From Actinomycetota bacterium (GTDB lineage: Bacteria; Actinomycetota; Acidimicrobiia; Acidimicrobiales; CADCSY01): DNA of 64,000 nucleotides. The stretch covers positions 17,764-81,763 of the forward strand of contig JADDQY010000035.1 in assembly GCA_016781135.1 (NCBI GenBank), read 5' to 3'. The notes beneath the pieces are model-generated. The model saw only the letters and a program-made list of their open reading frames with translations. It did not search any database and was not told the origin of the DNA. Positions within the stretch are counted from its first letter, which is position 1. Every line of letters begins with the position of its first letter. Shown here piece by piece: positions 25,840 to 34,396 of this stretch. Made by a program: the position numbers and the translations under genes.

Positions 25840-26619
25840 ATGACCGAGATCCCCGAGCACCTGCTCAAGCGGGCACAGGAGGCCAAGGCCAAGGCGGCAG
25901 CCAAGAAGGGCGGGGGCCCGCCGTCCGGGGGCGCCGACGGCGGTGGCGCGGCCGGCGGCGACGATGCCGGGAAGATCCCCGCCCACCTCCTGGCCCGCTC
26001 CGAGGCGGCCCGGGGAGCGTCCGAGGGAGGTGGGGTGGCCACCGCCGAGCGTCCCGCCGGCGGCGCCGTCGCCACCATGCCCGGTGCCGGCGCCCAGGCG
26101 CCGCCGTTGGCCACCGGCCCCGAGGGGCACACCCAGCGCCTCCTCACCGTGGTCAAGGCCGGCTCCATCCAGGACGTCAAGGCCAAGCCGGTCGACAAGG
26201 TCCACACCTGGCCCCACCTGCTCGTCGGCGAGTTCGTCGCCTGCCTGGCGATGACCGCCTTCCTCCTGGTCTTCTCCGCCGTGGTCAACGCGCCGCTGCT
26301 CAGCCTGGCCAACTTCAACCTCACGCCCAACCCCTCGAAGGCGCCCTGGTACTTCCTCGGCCTCCAGGAGCTGCTGACCATGTTCCACCCCATGGTCGCC
26401 GGCGTGACCATCCCCGGCATGGGCATCTTCGGCCTGATGCTCGCTCCCTACACCGATCGCAACCCGTCGGCCCGACCGGAGGACCGCAAGTTCGCCATCG
26501 CCCTGTTCACGCTCTTCGTCATGTTCTGGGCGGTGCTGGTCATCATCGGCTCGTTCTTCCGGGGCCCCGGGTTCAACTTCACCTTCCCCTGGAACGATGG
26601 CGTCTTCTTCGACCTGTAG
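25840..26619 (+). CDS. cytochrome b C-terminal domain protein (subunit IV / PetD-like) with ~110-aa N-terminal extension
   Basis: 259 aa. PSKAPWYFLGLQELL (a PEWY-type Qo motif variant) and 3 TM. The N-terminus carries MTEIPEHLLKR plus a second copy, IPAHLLARS. Confidence 0.85.
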   Translation: MTEIPEHLLKRAQEAKAKAAAKKGGGPPSGGADGGGAAGGDDAGKIPAHLLARSEAARGASEGGGVATAERPAGGAVATMPGAGAQAPPLATGPEGHTQRLLTVVKAGSIQDVKAKPVDKVHTWPHLLVGEFVACLAMTAFLLVFSAVVNAPLLSLANFNLTPNPSKAPWYFLGLQELLTMFHPMVAGVTIPGMGIFGLMLAPYTDRNPSARPEDRKFAIALFTLFVMFWAVLVIIGSFFRGPGFNFTFPWNDGVFFDL

Positions 26620-26634
26620 ACCGAGCGAGGTGCT

Positions 26635-27480
26635 GTGATGGAAGGCACGACCGTCCTCACCATCGCCATCCCCGTGTTGGTGGCGCTGGCCGCGCTGGTG
26701 CTGTTCACCACCTCGCGTCGCCGCGACACCGCCCGGGCACGGGCCGGCGAAGCCGGCCAGGATCAGGTCGAGGGAGCGCGCCGGCCCACTGGGCGCGAGG
26801 TTGAGCGCCAGGCGGTGCTGGCCCGCACCTCCACTGGGACCGAGCTGACCCGGGTGGAGGACGCCCCTCCCGCTCCGTACATCCCGCCTGACGAGGAGGC
26901 CATCGGCGTCACACGCCGTCAGTTCTTCAACCGCAGCATCGTCGGGCTCATGGGTTTCTCGCTCTCGGGCTTCGGCGCCGCCTGCATCGCCTTTCTCTGG
27001 CCCACGCTGTCGGGCGGCTTCGGTTCGAAGATCAACGTGGGCAGCATCGACGACGTCCTCTCCACCATCCGCGACACCCGCGAGCCGTTCTACGTCCCTG
27101 AAGGGCGCTTCTACATCAACCCCTTCCCGCCCGACGCGGTGCAGGCTGCCTCCGGGGTCTACGGGCCGAGCGTGCAGGCGGGCATGCAAGCGGGGGTGGT
27201 GGCGCTCTACCAGAAGTGCCCGCACCTGGGCTGCCGAGTGCCCTGGTGCATCACCTCACAATGGTTCGAGTGCCCCTGCCACGGGTCGCAGTACAACCGG
27301 GTGGGCGAGAAGAAGGCCGGCCCCGCCCCCCGCGGCATGGACCAGTTCCCGGTCACCCTCAGCGGCGGCGTGATCACCGTCGACACCGGGCTGGTGGTCG
27401 ACGGCCCGCCCATCGGCACCAACACCACCGGCCAGGAAGCCGAGGGCCCGCACTGCGTCGGCGGGTCGTCGGAGCACTGA
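26635..27480 (+). CDS. Rieske [2Fe-2S] iron-sulfur subunit
   Basis: 281 aa. CPHLGC and CPCHGSQY boxes. An N-terminal TM followed by an internal twin-arginine motif TRRQFF and a second TM. Confidence 0.9.
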   Translation: MMEGTTVLTIAIPVLVALAALVLFTTSRRRDTARARAGEAGQDQVEGARRPTGREVERQAVLARTSTGTELTRVEDAPPAPYIPPDEEAIGVTRRQFFNRSIVGLMGFSLSGFGAACIAFLWPTLSGGFGSKINVGSIDDVLSTIRDTREPFYVPEGRFYINPFPPDAVQAASGVYGPSVQAGMQAGVVALYQKCPHLGCRVPWCITSQWFECPCHGSQYNRVGEKKAGPAPRGMDQFPVTLSGGVITVDTGLVVDGPPIGTNTTGQEAEGPHCVGGSSEH

Positions 27481-27484
27481 ACGC

Positions 27485-28681
27485 ATGACCGTCGCCGCAA
27501 CGGTGCAGCAGTCGATCGCCATCGTCGTCGCCTTGGCGATCGTGGTCGGCTGGGGCCTGTACCTGCTGGCCAACGTCCGCCGGGCCAAGCCCGAGGTCGG
27601 CTCCGAGCTCGAGCTGGCGCCCAACCGCAAGCCCTATCTCGACGACGATGCGCTGGAAGGCCCACGCCTGGAGCGGGCCCTCACCTGGGGGTTGATCACG
27701 CTGGCGATCTGCGGTGTGGGCCTCCCGCTGTACTGGCTGGCCGAGCCCGGTCGCCAGGCCGGGGCCGTCGAGGACTTCAACGAGCGCCTCGGCGGCGTGT
27801 TCTTCATCCACGACCAGCCCATCGGCGGGGGGGCGCTGTTCTCGCCCACCGCCGACGGTGGCTTCAACTGCGCCGGCTGCCACGGCGGCATGCAGGGGCT
27901 GGGGGCGACCGTGCCCTACACGCTCACCGACCCCGTGACGGGCGACCTGCGCCAGGTGCAGTGGTCGGCCCCCTCGCTCAACGACGTCACGCTGCGCATG
28001 ACCGACGAGCAGATCCGCAAGGTGCTGGTGTACGGGCGGCCCCACTCGCCGATGCCCGCCTGGGGCCTCGAGGGCGGCGGCCCGCTCAACGACCAACAGC
28101 TCGACAACCTGATCCTGTACCTCCACCGCATCGCCATCACGCCGGAGGAGGCCCGCAAGCAGAACACCGACAAGGCCGAGGCCGAGCTCGAGCGCCTGCG
28201 AGCCGAGGGCCAAGGTGAGGCCACGCTGGGCCAGGCCCTGTTCAACGTCAACTGCGCGCGGTGCCATACCGAGGGCTGGTCCTACGGCCAGCCCGAGCTC
28301 CCCGGCGGCGGCTACTTCGGGCCCAGCCTGTACAACTCGGTGGAGCAGTTCCCGGCGGCCGAGGACCACGTGGAGTTCGTGGCCGACGGTGCCGAGATCG
28401 GCGAGCAGTACGGCATCGGCGGGTTCAGCGACGGCAACATGCCGTACTTCGGGCAGGTCCTCACTCCCGAGCAGGTCCAGGCCATCGTCGACTACGAGCG
28501 GGGCTTGGCTGACAGCGTGGAGCGCCAGCAGGAGGCCGACGCCACCGCGCCGCCGGTACCGGGTGAGGCACCGCCGGCGGCCGGCGGGACGCCGAGCGAG
28601 AACGACGGCGACCCGCCGCGGCCCGAGGAGGGCGAGGGGCCGGGGCCACCAGGTGGGCCGTCCCCGGGCGGGGAGGCGTGA
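27485..28681 (+). CDS. membrane-anchored diheme cytochrome c
   Basis: 398 aa. An N-terminal TM and two CxxCH motifs (CAGCHG, CARCHT). Pro/Glu/Gly-rich C-terminal tail. Confidence 0.85.
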   Translation: MTVAATVQQSIAIVVALAIVVGWGLYLLANVRRAKPEVGSELELAPNRKPYLDDDALEGPRLERALTWGLITLAICGVGLPLYWLAEPGRQAGAVEDFNERLGGVFFIHDQPIGGGALFSPTADGGFNCAGCHGGMQGLGATVPYTLTDPVTGDLRQVQWSAPSLNDVTLRMTDEQIRKVLVYGRPHSPMPAWGLEGGGPLNDQQLDNLILYLHRIAITPEEARKQNTDKAEAELERLRAEGQGEATLGQALFNVNCARCHTEGWSYGQPELPGGGYFGPSLYNSVEQFPAAEDHVEFVADGAEIGEQYGIGGFSDGNMPYFGQVLTPEQVQAIVDYERGLADSVERQQEADATAPPVPGEAPPAAGGTPSENDGDPPRPEEGEGPGPPGGPSPGGEA

Positions 28682-29487
28682 TGGCGTCCCTGGCCGCCAC
28701 GGTCGCTCTCAGCGTCACCTGGGACCCCACCATCCGCGGCGTCCTCGTCGTGCTGGTGGCGGTCCTGGTCCTCATGGGATCGGCGTACGTGCTGCTCGCC
28801 ACCAACCTCGGCGTCCGCCTCGGGTTCCTGGTCGCAGCGGCGGCTTTCTGGGGCTGGATGACGATCATGGGACTGGCGTGGTGGGCCTACGGGATCGGTC
28901 TGCAGGGTCCGTCGCCCACGTGGAGCGTCGTCGAGGTGCTCACCAGCACCCGACCTGACGACACCTCACAGGCGGCGCTCGTCGAAGCTCGCGACCTGTC
29001 GAAATGGACTGAGCTACCCGAGGGCGACGTCATCCGCGGTGAGGCCCAGGCGTCGGCCGACGCCGCCCTCGCCGGTGAGGAGAGCGGGGTCGCCGTGTTC
29101 GAGGCCACCTCTGACTACGTCACCACGGACGCCTACGCCATGGGGGGGAAGGACCCCGACAACCTCTTGTCGCGGCTGCCGGGGCCGACCCCACCCCAGT
29201 ACGCGATCATCCAAGTGCAGCGTGTGGTGCCGGTCGTGACCCTCGAAACGGGCCAGACGTGCCCGCCGGACGCCAGGTGCATCGAGTTCGGGGAGACCCC
29301 GCCCAAGGCCGAGGCCCAGCCCGGAGCCCCGGAGATCTCGGTGATCATGGCCCGCGACCTCGGCGCCCGCCGGCTCCCGCCGGCACTCATCACCATCGCC
29401 TCGGCCATCCTTCTCGGGGTCACCTGCAACGCCCTGCACCGCCGGGACAAGGTCGCCTCCGAGCACCGCTCACAAGCGAAGGTCTGA
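28678..29487 (+). CDS. integral membrane protein coupled to the diheme cytochrome c gene
   Basis: 269 aa. GTGATG overlap with the upstream stop. Three N-terminal TM, a roughly 150-aa extracytoplasmic domain and a C-terminal TM. No family recognised. Confidence 0.6.
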   Translation: MMASLAATVALSVTWDPTIRGVLVVLVAVLVLMGSAYVLLATNLGVRLGFLVAAAAFWGWMTIMGLAWWAYGIGLQGPSPTWSVVEVLTSTRPDDTSQAALVEARDLSKWTELPEGDVIRGEAQASADAALAGEESGVAVFEATSDYVTTDAYAMGGKDPDNLLSRLPGPTPPQYAIIQVQRVVPVVTLETGQTCPPDARCIEFGETPPKAEAQPGAPEISVIMARDLGARRLPPALITIASAILLGVTCNALHRRDKVASEHRSQAKV

Positions 29488-29560
29488 GGCCGCCGACGCG
29501 GCCACGAGGAACCCGGCCAGACGGGCGTGCTGGGGCGTGGGCGGTTAGTGTTGGGCCCCC

Positions 29561-30058
29561 ATGGATCAGTACCTGCCCCTGGTGGTGATGTTCGTGCTGG
29601 CCGTGGGCTTCGTGGTGCTGAGCATCGGCACCTCGAGGCTCCTGGCTCCCCGGCGGCCGACGCTGGCCAAGCAGGCGCCCTACGAGTGCGGGATCGTCCC
29701 GACTCGTGGACCGGCCCGGCGCTTTCCCGTGCGCTTCTACCTGGTGGCCATGATCTTCATCGTGTTCGACATCGAGATCATCTTCTTGTTCCCATGGGCC
29801 GTGCTGCACCGCCAACTCGGCCTCTACGGTCTGCTGGCGGTCGTGGTGTTCATCGTCCCGTTCTTCTTGTCGTTCCTGTGGGAGGTTGCCGAGGGCGGGC
29901 TCGACTGGGGCCCGATCGCACACCAACGGCCGCTCGGGCTGGCCAACGAGCCCGGCCGCACGACCACCTCGACCGTTCGCCTCGTCGGCCTCGACGGGCG
30001 TGAGCCGGTAGGGGCAGGGGTGGCGACGGGCGAGCAACGAGGCGGGGAGGCGAGCTGA
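29561..30058 (+). CDS. nuoA: NADH-quinone oxidoreductase subunit A (with ~45-aa C-terminal extension)
   Basis: [27 protein letters not shown]. Confidence 0.9.
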   Translation: MDQYLPLVVMFVLAVGFVVLSIGTSRLLAPRRPTLAKQAPYECGIVPTRGPARRFPVRFYLVAMIFIVFDIEIIFLFPWAVLHRQLGLYGLLAVVVFIVPFFLSFLWEVAEGGLDWGPIAHQRPLGLANEPGRTTTSTVRLVGLDGREPVGAGVATGEQRGGEAS

Positions 30059-30621
30059 TGGGCCGGGGCGAGGGTCTCGGCGGGCTCCAGCACAACTTCC
30101 TCACCGGCAACCTCGAGGCCGCCGTCAAGTGGGCCCGGCGCAACAGCATGTGGCCCGCCACCTTCGGCCTGGCCTGCTGCGCGATCGAGATGATGGCCAC
30201 GGGTGCGTCGCACTTCGACCTCAGCCGCTTCGGGATGGAGGTGTTTCGGGCGTCGCCTCGTCAGGCCGACCTCATGATCGTGGCCGGGAGGGTGAGCCAG
30301 AAGATGGCGCCGGTGCTGCGCCAGGTCTACGACCAGATGGTGGAGCCCAAGTGGGTCCTGTCCATGGGGGTGTGTGCTTCCAGCGGAGGGATGTTCAACA
30401 ACTACGCCCTCGTCCAGGGCATCGACCAGGTGGTGCCGGTCGACGTCTACGCACCAGGGTGCCCGCCCAACCCCCAGACGTTGCTGCACTCGATCCTCAC
30501 GCTCCACGAGCTGGTCCGCACCGGCCAGATCCTGCGCCGTCCAGGGACCGGCGCCGGCATCCGAGTCGACGAGCAGGGGGGGGGCGAGCGGGTCCCGGTC
30601 CACGTCGCCACCCCGAGGTAG
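30058..30621 (+). CDS. nuoB: NADH-quinone oxidoreductase subunit B
   Basis: [19 protein letters not shown] and PGCPP (cluster N2 ligands). TGATG overlap with nuoA. Confidence 0.92.
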   Translation: MGRGEGLGGLQHNFLTGNLEAAVKWARRNSMWPATFGLACCAIEMMATGASHFDLSRFGMEVFRASPRQADLMIVAGRVSQKMAPVLRQVYDQMVEPKWVLSMGVCASSGGMFNNYALVQGIDQVVPVDVYAPGCPPNPQTLLHSILTLHELVRTGQILRRPGTGAGIRVDEQGGGERVPVHVATPR

Positions 30622-30632
30622 CGGCAACCTCG

Positions 30633-31121
30633 ATGGCCGATGTGGAGCTGCGCCACGGCGTTCCCGAGACCCGGGCCCTCGGCCAGGTCGTCCTCCACCC
30701 CCCCCGGGGCGCCTATCGGGACGTGGTCGCCGGGCTGCGCCAGGAGGGGTTCACCATGTGCGTCGACGTCACCGCCGTCGACTACCTCACCCATCCGGGC
30801 CGATCAGGGCTACCCCCGGGGGTGGCACCGGAACGCTTCGAGGTTGTGGTCACACTCCTGTCGTTCGAGCGGCGGGAGCGGCTGCGGCTACGGGTGCAGG
30901 TGCCCGAGCACGATCCCGTGCTGGACTCGCTGTACGACCTTCACCCCAGCAGCGAGGCTCCGGAGCGGGAGGTGTTCGACATGTTCGGCGTCGCCTTCGA
31001 AGGGCACCCCGACCTGACCCGCATCCTCATGCCCGAGGACTGGGAGGGCCACCCCCTGCGCAAGGACTACTCGGTCGGCCGCATCCCGGTGCAGTTCAAG
31101 GCCGCTGGAGCGCCCCGGTGA
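30633..31121 (+). CDS. nuoC: NADH-quinone oxidoreductase subunit C
   Basis: 162 aa from ATG 30633. EREVFDMFGVAFEGHPDLTRIL and EGHPLRKDY. Confidence 0.9.
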   Translation: MADVELRHGVPETRALGQVVLHPPRGAYRDVVAGLRQEGFTMCVDVTAVDYLTHPGRSGLPPGVAPERFEVVVTLLSFERRERLRLRVQVPEHDPVLDSLYDLHPSSEAPEREVFDMFGVAFEGHPDLTRILMPEDWEGHPLRKDYSVGRIPVQFKAAGAPR

Positions 31122-31128
31122 GGCGGCG

Positions 31129-32460
31129 ATGACCAGCACCGAGCGGGTGTACCCGGGGGCGATCACCTCCGAGGGGGCGCAGGAGCTGGCGGCGCGCGGC
31201 GCGTCCACGGCTGCGGAGCTCCTGCGGGAACAGGGCTCGGTTTTGCGCCTGTCCGAGGTGGCGGCCGCCGAGCAGGCGGACCGGGCCGGTCCCGAGGACG
31301 AGACCATGATCATCAACATGGGCCCGCAGCATCCGAGCACCCATGGCGTGCTGCGCGTGATGCTCGAGCTCGAGGGCGAGACGGTGCTGCGCACCAAGCC
31401 AATCATGGGCTACCTGCACACGGGGATGGAGAAGACCGGCGAGGACCTGACCTACCTGCAGGGCGCCACCAACGTCACCCGGATGGACTACGCCAGCCCG
31501 TTCTTCAACGAGCTGGTCTTCTCGCTCGCCACCGAGGCCCTGCTCGAGGTCGACATCCCGCCCCGGGCCACCTGGATCCGGATGCTGATGTGCGAGCTCA
31601 ACCGGATCTCGTCGCACTTCCTGTTCCTCGCCACCAACGGGATGGACCTGGGTGCCATCTCGATGATCCTCTATGGCTGGCGTGAGCGGGACATGGTGCT
31701 GCAGTTCTTCGAGAAGACGACCGGCTTGCGGATGAACCACAACTACGTCCGCCCCGGAGGGGTTGCCGTCGACCTGCCCGATGGCTGGCGCGATGACGTG
31801 CTGCGCCTCCTCGACGCCCTGCCGTCGCGGCTCGAGGAGTACGACGACCTGATGACCGGCCAGCCCATCTGGCGGGGCCGGACCCAGGGGATCGGCCTGC
31901 TCACCCCGGAGGAGGCGGTGGCGCTCGGCGCCACCGGGCCCATCCTGCGCTCCACCGGCGTTCCCTGGGACCTGCGCCGCGACCTGCCCTACCTCGCCTA
32001 CGACCAGGTCGACTTCAACGTGGTGGTGGGCAGCTACGGGGACGTGTTCGACCGCTACGCCATCCGCCTCAACGAGATCCGAGAGTCGATCGACATCGTC
32101 CGCCAGATCGTCGACCGCATGCCCGGAGGCGACTACCGCGTGCAGGACAGGAAGATCACCCCCCCGCCTCGGGCTCGGATCGACGAGTCGATGGAGGCGC
32201 TGATCCACCACTTCAAGATCTTCACGGAGGGCTTCCGGGTGCCCGAGGGCGAGGTCTACGTGGCGGTGGAGTCCCCCCGGGGTGAGTTGGGCTGCTACCT
32301 GGTGTCCGACGGGAGCGGCAAGCCCTACCGCCTCCACATCCGGGGCCCGTCGTTCTACAACCTGCAGACGCTGCCCCACATGATGCGCGGCGGTCTCATC
32401 CCTGACGCCGTGGCCGTCATCTCCTCGGTGGATCCGATCATGGGCGAGGTCGACCGGTGA
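31129..32460 (+). CDS. nuoD: NADH-quinone oxidoreductase subunit D
   Basis: 443 aa. NMGPQHPSTHGVLR, VTRMDYASPF and a C-terminal VDPIMGEVDR. Confidence 0.93.
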   Translation: MTSTERVYPGAITSEGAQELAARGASTAAELLREQGSVLRLSEVAAAEQADRAGPEDETMIINMGPQHPSTHGVLRVMLELEGETVLRTKPIMGYLHTGMEKTGEDLTYLQGATNVTRMDYASPFFNELVFSLATEALLEVDIPPRATWIRMLMCELNRISSHFLFLATNGMDLGAISMILYGWRERDMVLQFFEKTTGLRMNHNYVRPGGVAVDLPDGWRDDVLRLLDALPSRLEEYDDLMTGQPIWRGRTQGIGLLTPEEAVALGATGPILRSTGVPWDLRRDLPYLAYDQVDFNVVVGSYGDVFDRYAIRLNEIRESIDIVRQIVDRMPGGDYRVQDRKITPPPRARIDESMEALIHHFKIFTEGFRVPEGEVYVAVESPRGELGCYLVSDGSGKPYRLHIRGPSFYNLQTLPHMMRGGLIPDAVAVISSVDPIMGEVDR

Positions 32461-33053
32461 GCCGCCTCAGCCCCGATAACGAGGAGCTGGCCCGCACCAT
32501 CATCGGGCGCTATCCCCGCAGCCGCTCGGCGCTCATCCCGTTGCTGCACGTGGCTCAGGAGCAGGAGGGGTGGGTGAGCCGCGACGCCATGGCCCATATC
32601 GCCGAGCTGCTCGGGATCACCCCTGCCGAGGTCCTGGGGACCTGCAGCTTCTACGGGATGTTCAAGCTCGAGCCCGTCGGGCGTTACGTCGTCGGGGTGT
32701 GCACCAACATCTCCTGCCTGCTGCTCGGCGGCGAGGAGCTGCTCGAGCACTGCGAAGCCCGCCTCGGGGTCAAGGCCGGCGCCACCACCGACGACGGGAT
32801 GTTCACGCTGGAAGACGTGGAGTGCATCGCTGCGTGCACCGACGCACCCTGCCTCCAGGTCAACTACCGCTACTTCCTCAACATCACTCACGATCAGGTT
32901 GACGCCCTGTTCGACGACCTGCGGGCCGGCCGGCGCACCGACGAGGTGCCCGTTCACGGCACGCTGACCCGCGTGCGCCAGCACGTCGCCCCGGAGCGGT
33001 GGTCGGGCCACGGCGCCGAGGGCCTCCCTCTCCCGCCCGGCCAGGCGCGCTGA
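32457..33053 (+). CDS. nuoE: NADH-quinone oxidoreductase subunit E
   Basis: 198 aa. 2Fe-2S ligands in VGVCTNISC and CIAACTDAPC. GTGA overlap with nuoD. Confidence 0.9.
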   Translation: MSRLSPDNEELARTIIGRYPRSRSALIPLLHVAQEQEGWVSRDAMAHIAELLGITPAEVLGTCSFYGMFKLEPVGRYVVGVCTNISCLLLGGEELLEHCEARLGVKAGATTDDGMFTLEDVECIAACTDAPCLQVNYRYFLNITHDQVDALFDDLRAGRRTDEVPVHGTLTRVRQHVAPERWSGHGAEGLPLPPGQAR

Positions 33054-34396
33054 TGGCGGTCAGCGACGCCGCCCCCATCATTTCCACCCGCCTTGCCCGC
33101 CCCGACGGCCACACCTTGGCCGGCTACGAGGCGACGAGGGGCTACACCGCCCTGCGCAAGGCGCTGGGCATGGGCCCCGACGCGGTGCTGGAAGAGGTCA
33201 AGGCGGCCAACCTCCAGGGCCGGGGCGGCGCCGGCTTCCCCGCCGGGGCGAAGTGGTCGTTCCTGCCCAAGGACGTCTTTCCCCGCTACTTCGTGGTCAA
33301 CGGCGACGAGAGTGAGCCCGGCACCTCGAAGGACCGTCCGCTCATGGAGCGCGACCCCCACCAGCTCATCGAGGGGCTGCTCATCTCCTGCTTCGCGGTG
33401 CGGGCGGCCCAGGCCTTCATCTACGTGCGGGGCGAGATGGCGCTGGCCCAAGAGCGTCTCGCCACCGCCCTGAACGAGGCCTACGCCGCCGGCTACGTGG
33501 GTCGCGACATCATGGGGTCGGGCTGGTCGCTCGACATCGTGTTGCACTGGGGGGCGGGCGCCTACATCGTCGGCGAGGAGACCGCCCTCATCGAGAGCCT
33601 CGAGGGCCAGCGGGGCATGCCCCGGCTCAAGCCGCCGTTCTTCCCGGCAGCCAAGGGCCTGTACCTGCAGCCAACCGTGGTCAACAACGTCGAGACGCTG
33701 TCGAACATCCCCTGGATCGTCACCCACGGCGGCGCCGCCTTTGCCGCCCTCGGCACCGAGAAGGCGGCGGGCACCCGGCTGTTCGCCCTGTCGGGTCACG
33801 TGCGCCGCCCCGGGGTCTACGAGGTCGAGATGGGCACCACCACCTTCCGAGACCTGGTGGAGGCCCCGGTGTACGGCGGCGGCATCCGTCACGGCAACAA
33901 GCTCAAGGCGTTCATCCCCGGGGGGGCGTCGGCGCCGTGGTTCTACCCCGAGCAGCTCGACTTGGCGCTGGACGCCAGCGTGGTCGGCCCCGCCGGGTCC
34001 ATGCTCGGCTCGGGCGCGGTGGTGATCATGGACGACACCACCTGCGCGGTGCGGGCGGCGTGGCGGCTGGTCCGGTTCTTCGCCCACGAGTCGTGTGGCA
34101 AGTGCACCCCCTGCCGGGAGGGGGGGGCGTGGCTGGAGAAGATCCTGCGCCGCATCCTCGACGGCCACGGCCGGGAGGACGACATCGAGCTCCTGCTCGA
34201 CGTGGGCGACAACATCAGCCCGGGACCCTTCCCCCACCCGCCGCTCGACGGCGTAGCGGCCGTACCGTTCCCGTTCAAGCAGACCACGATCTGCCCCCTC
34301 GGGCCCTCGGCGGTGTCGCCCATCCACTCCTCGATCCTGCGTTTTCGAGACGAGTACCTGATCCACATCAAAGACGGCAGGTGCCACCTTGGCTGA
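33053..34396 (+). CDS. nuoF: NADH-quinone oxidoreductase subunit F
   Basis: 447 aa from ATG 33053 (TGATG overlap). GRGGAGFP (FMN), GAGAYIVGEETALIESLEG, and ESCGKCTPCREG (cluster N3). Confidence 0.93.
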   Translation: MAVSDAAPIISTRLARPDGHTLAGYEATRGYTALRKALGMGPDAVLEEVKAANLQGRGGAGFPAGAKWSFLPKDVFPRYFVVNGDESEPGTSKDRPLMERDPHQLIEGLLISCFAVRAAQAFIYVRGEMALAQERLATALNEAYAAGYVGRDIMGSGWSLDIVLHWGAGAYIVGEETALIESLEGQRGMPRLKPPFFPAAKGLYLQPTVVNNVETLSNIPWIVTHGGAAFAALGTEKAAGTRLFALSGHVRRPGVYEVEMGTTTFRDLVEAPVYGGGIRHGNKLKAFIPGGASAPWFYPEQLDLALDASVVGPAGSMLGSGAVVIMDDTTCAVRAAWRLVRFFAHESCGKCTPCREGGAWLEKILRRILDGHGREDDIELLLDVGDNISPGPFPHPPLDGVAAVPFPFKQTTICPLGPSAVSPIHSSILRFRDEYLIHIKDGRCHLG

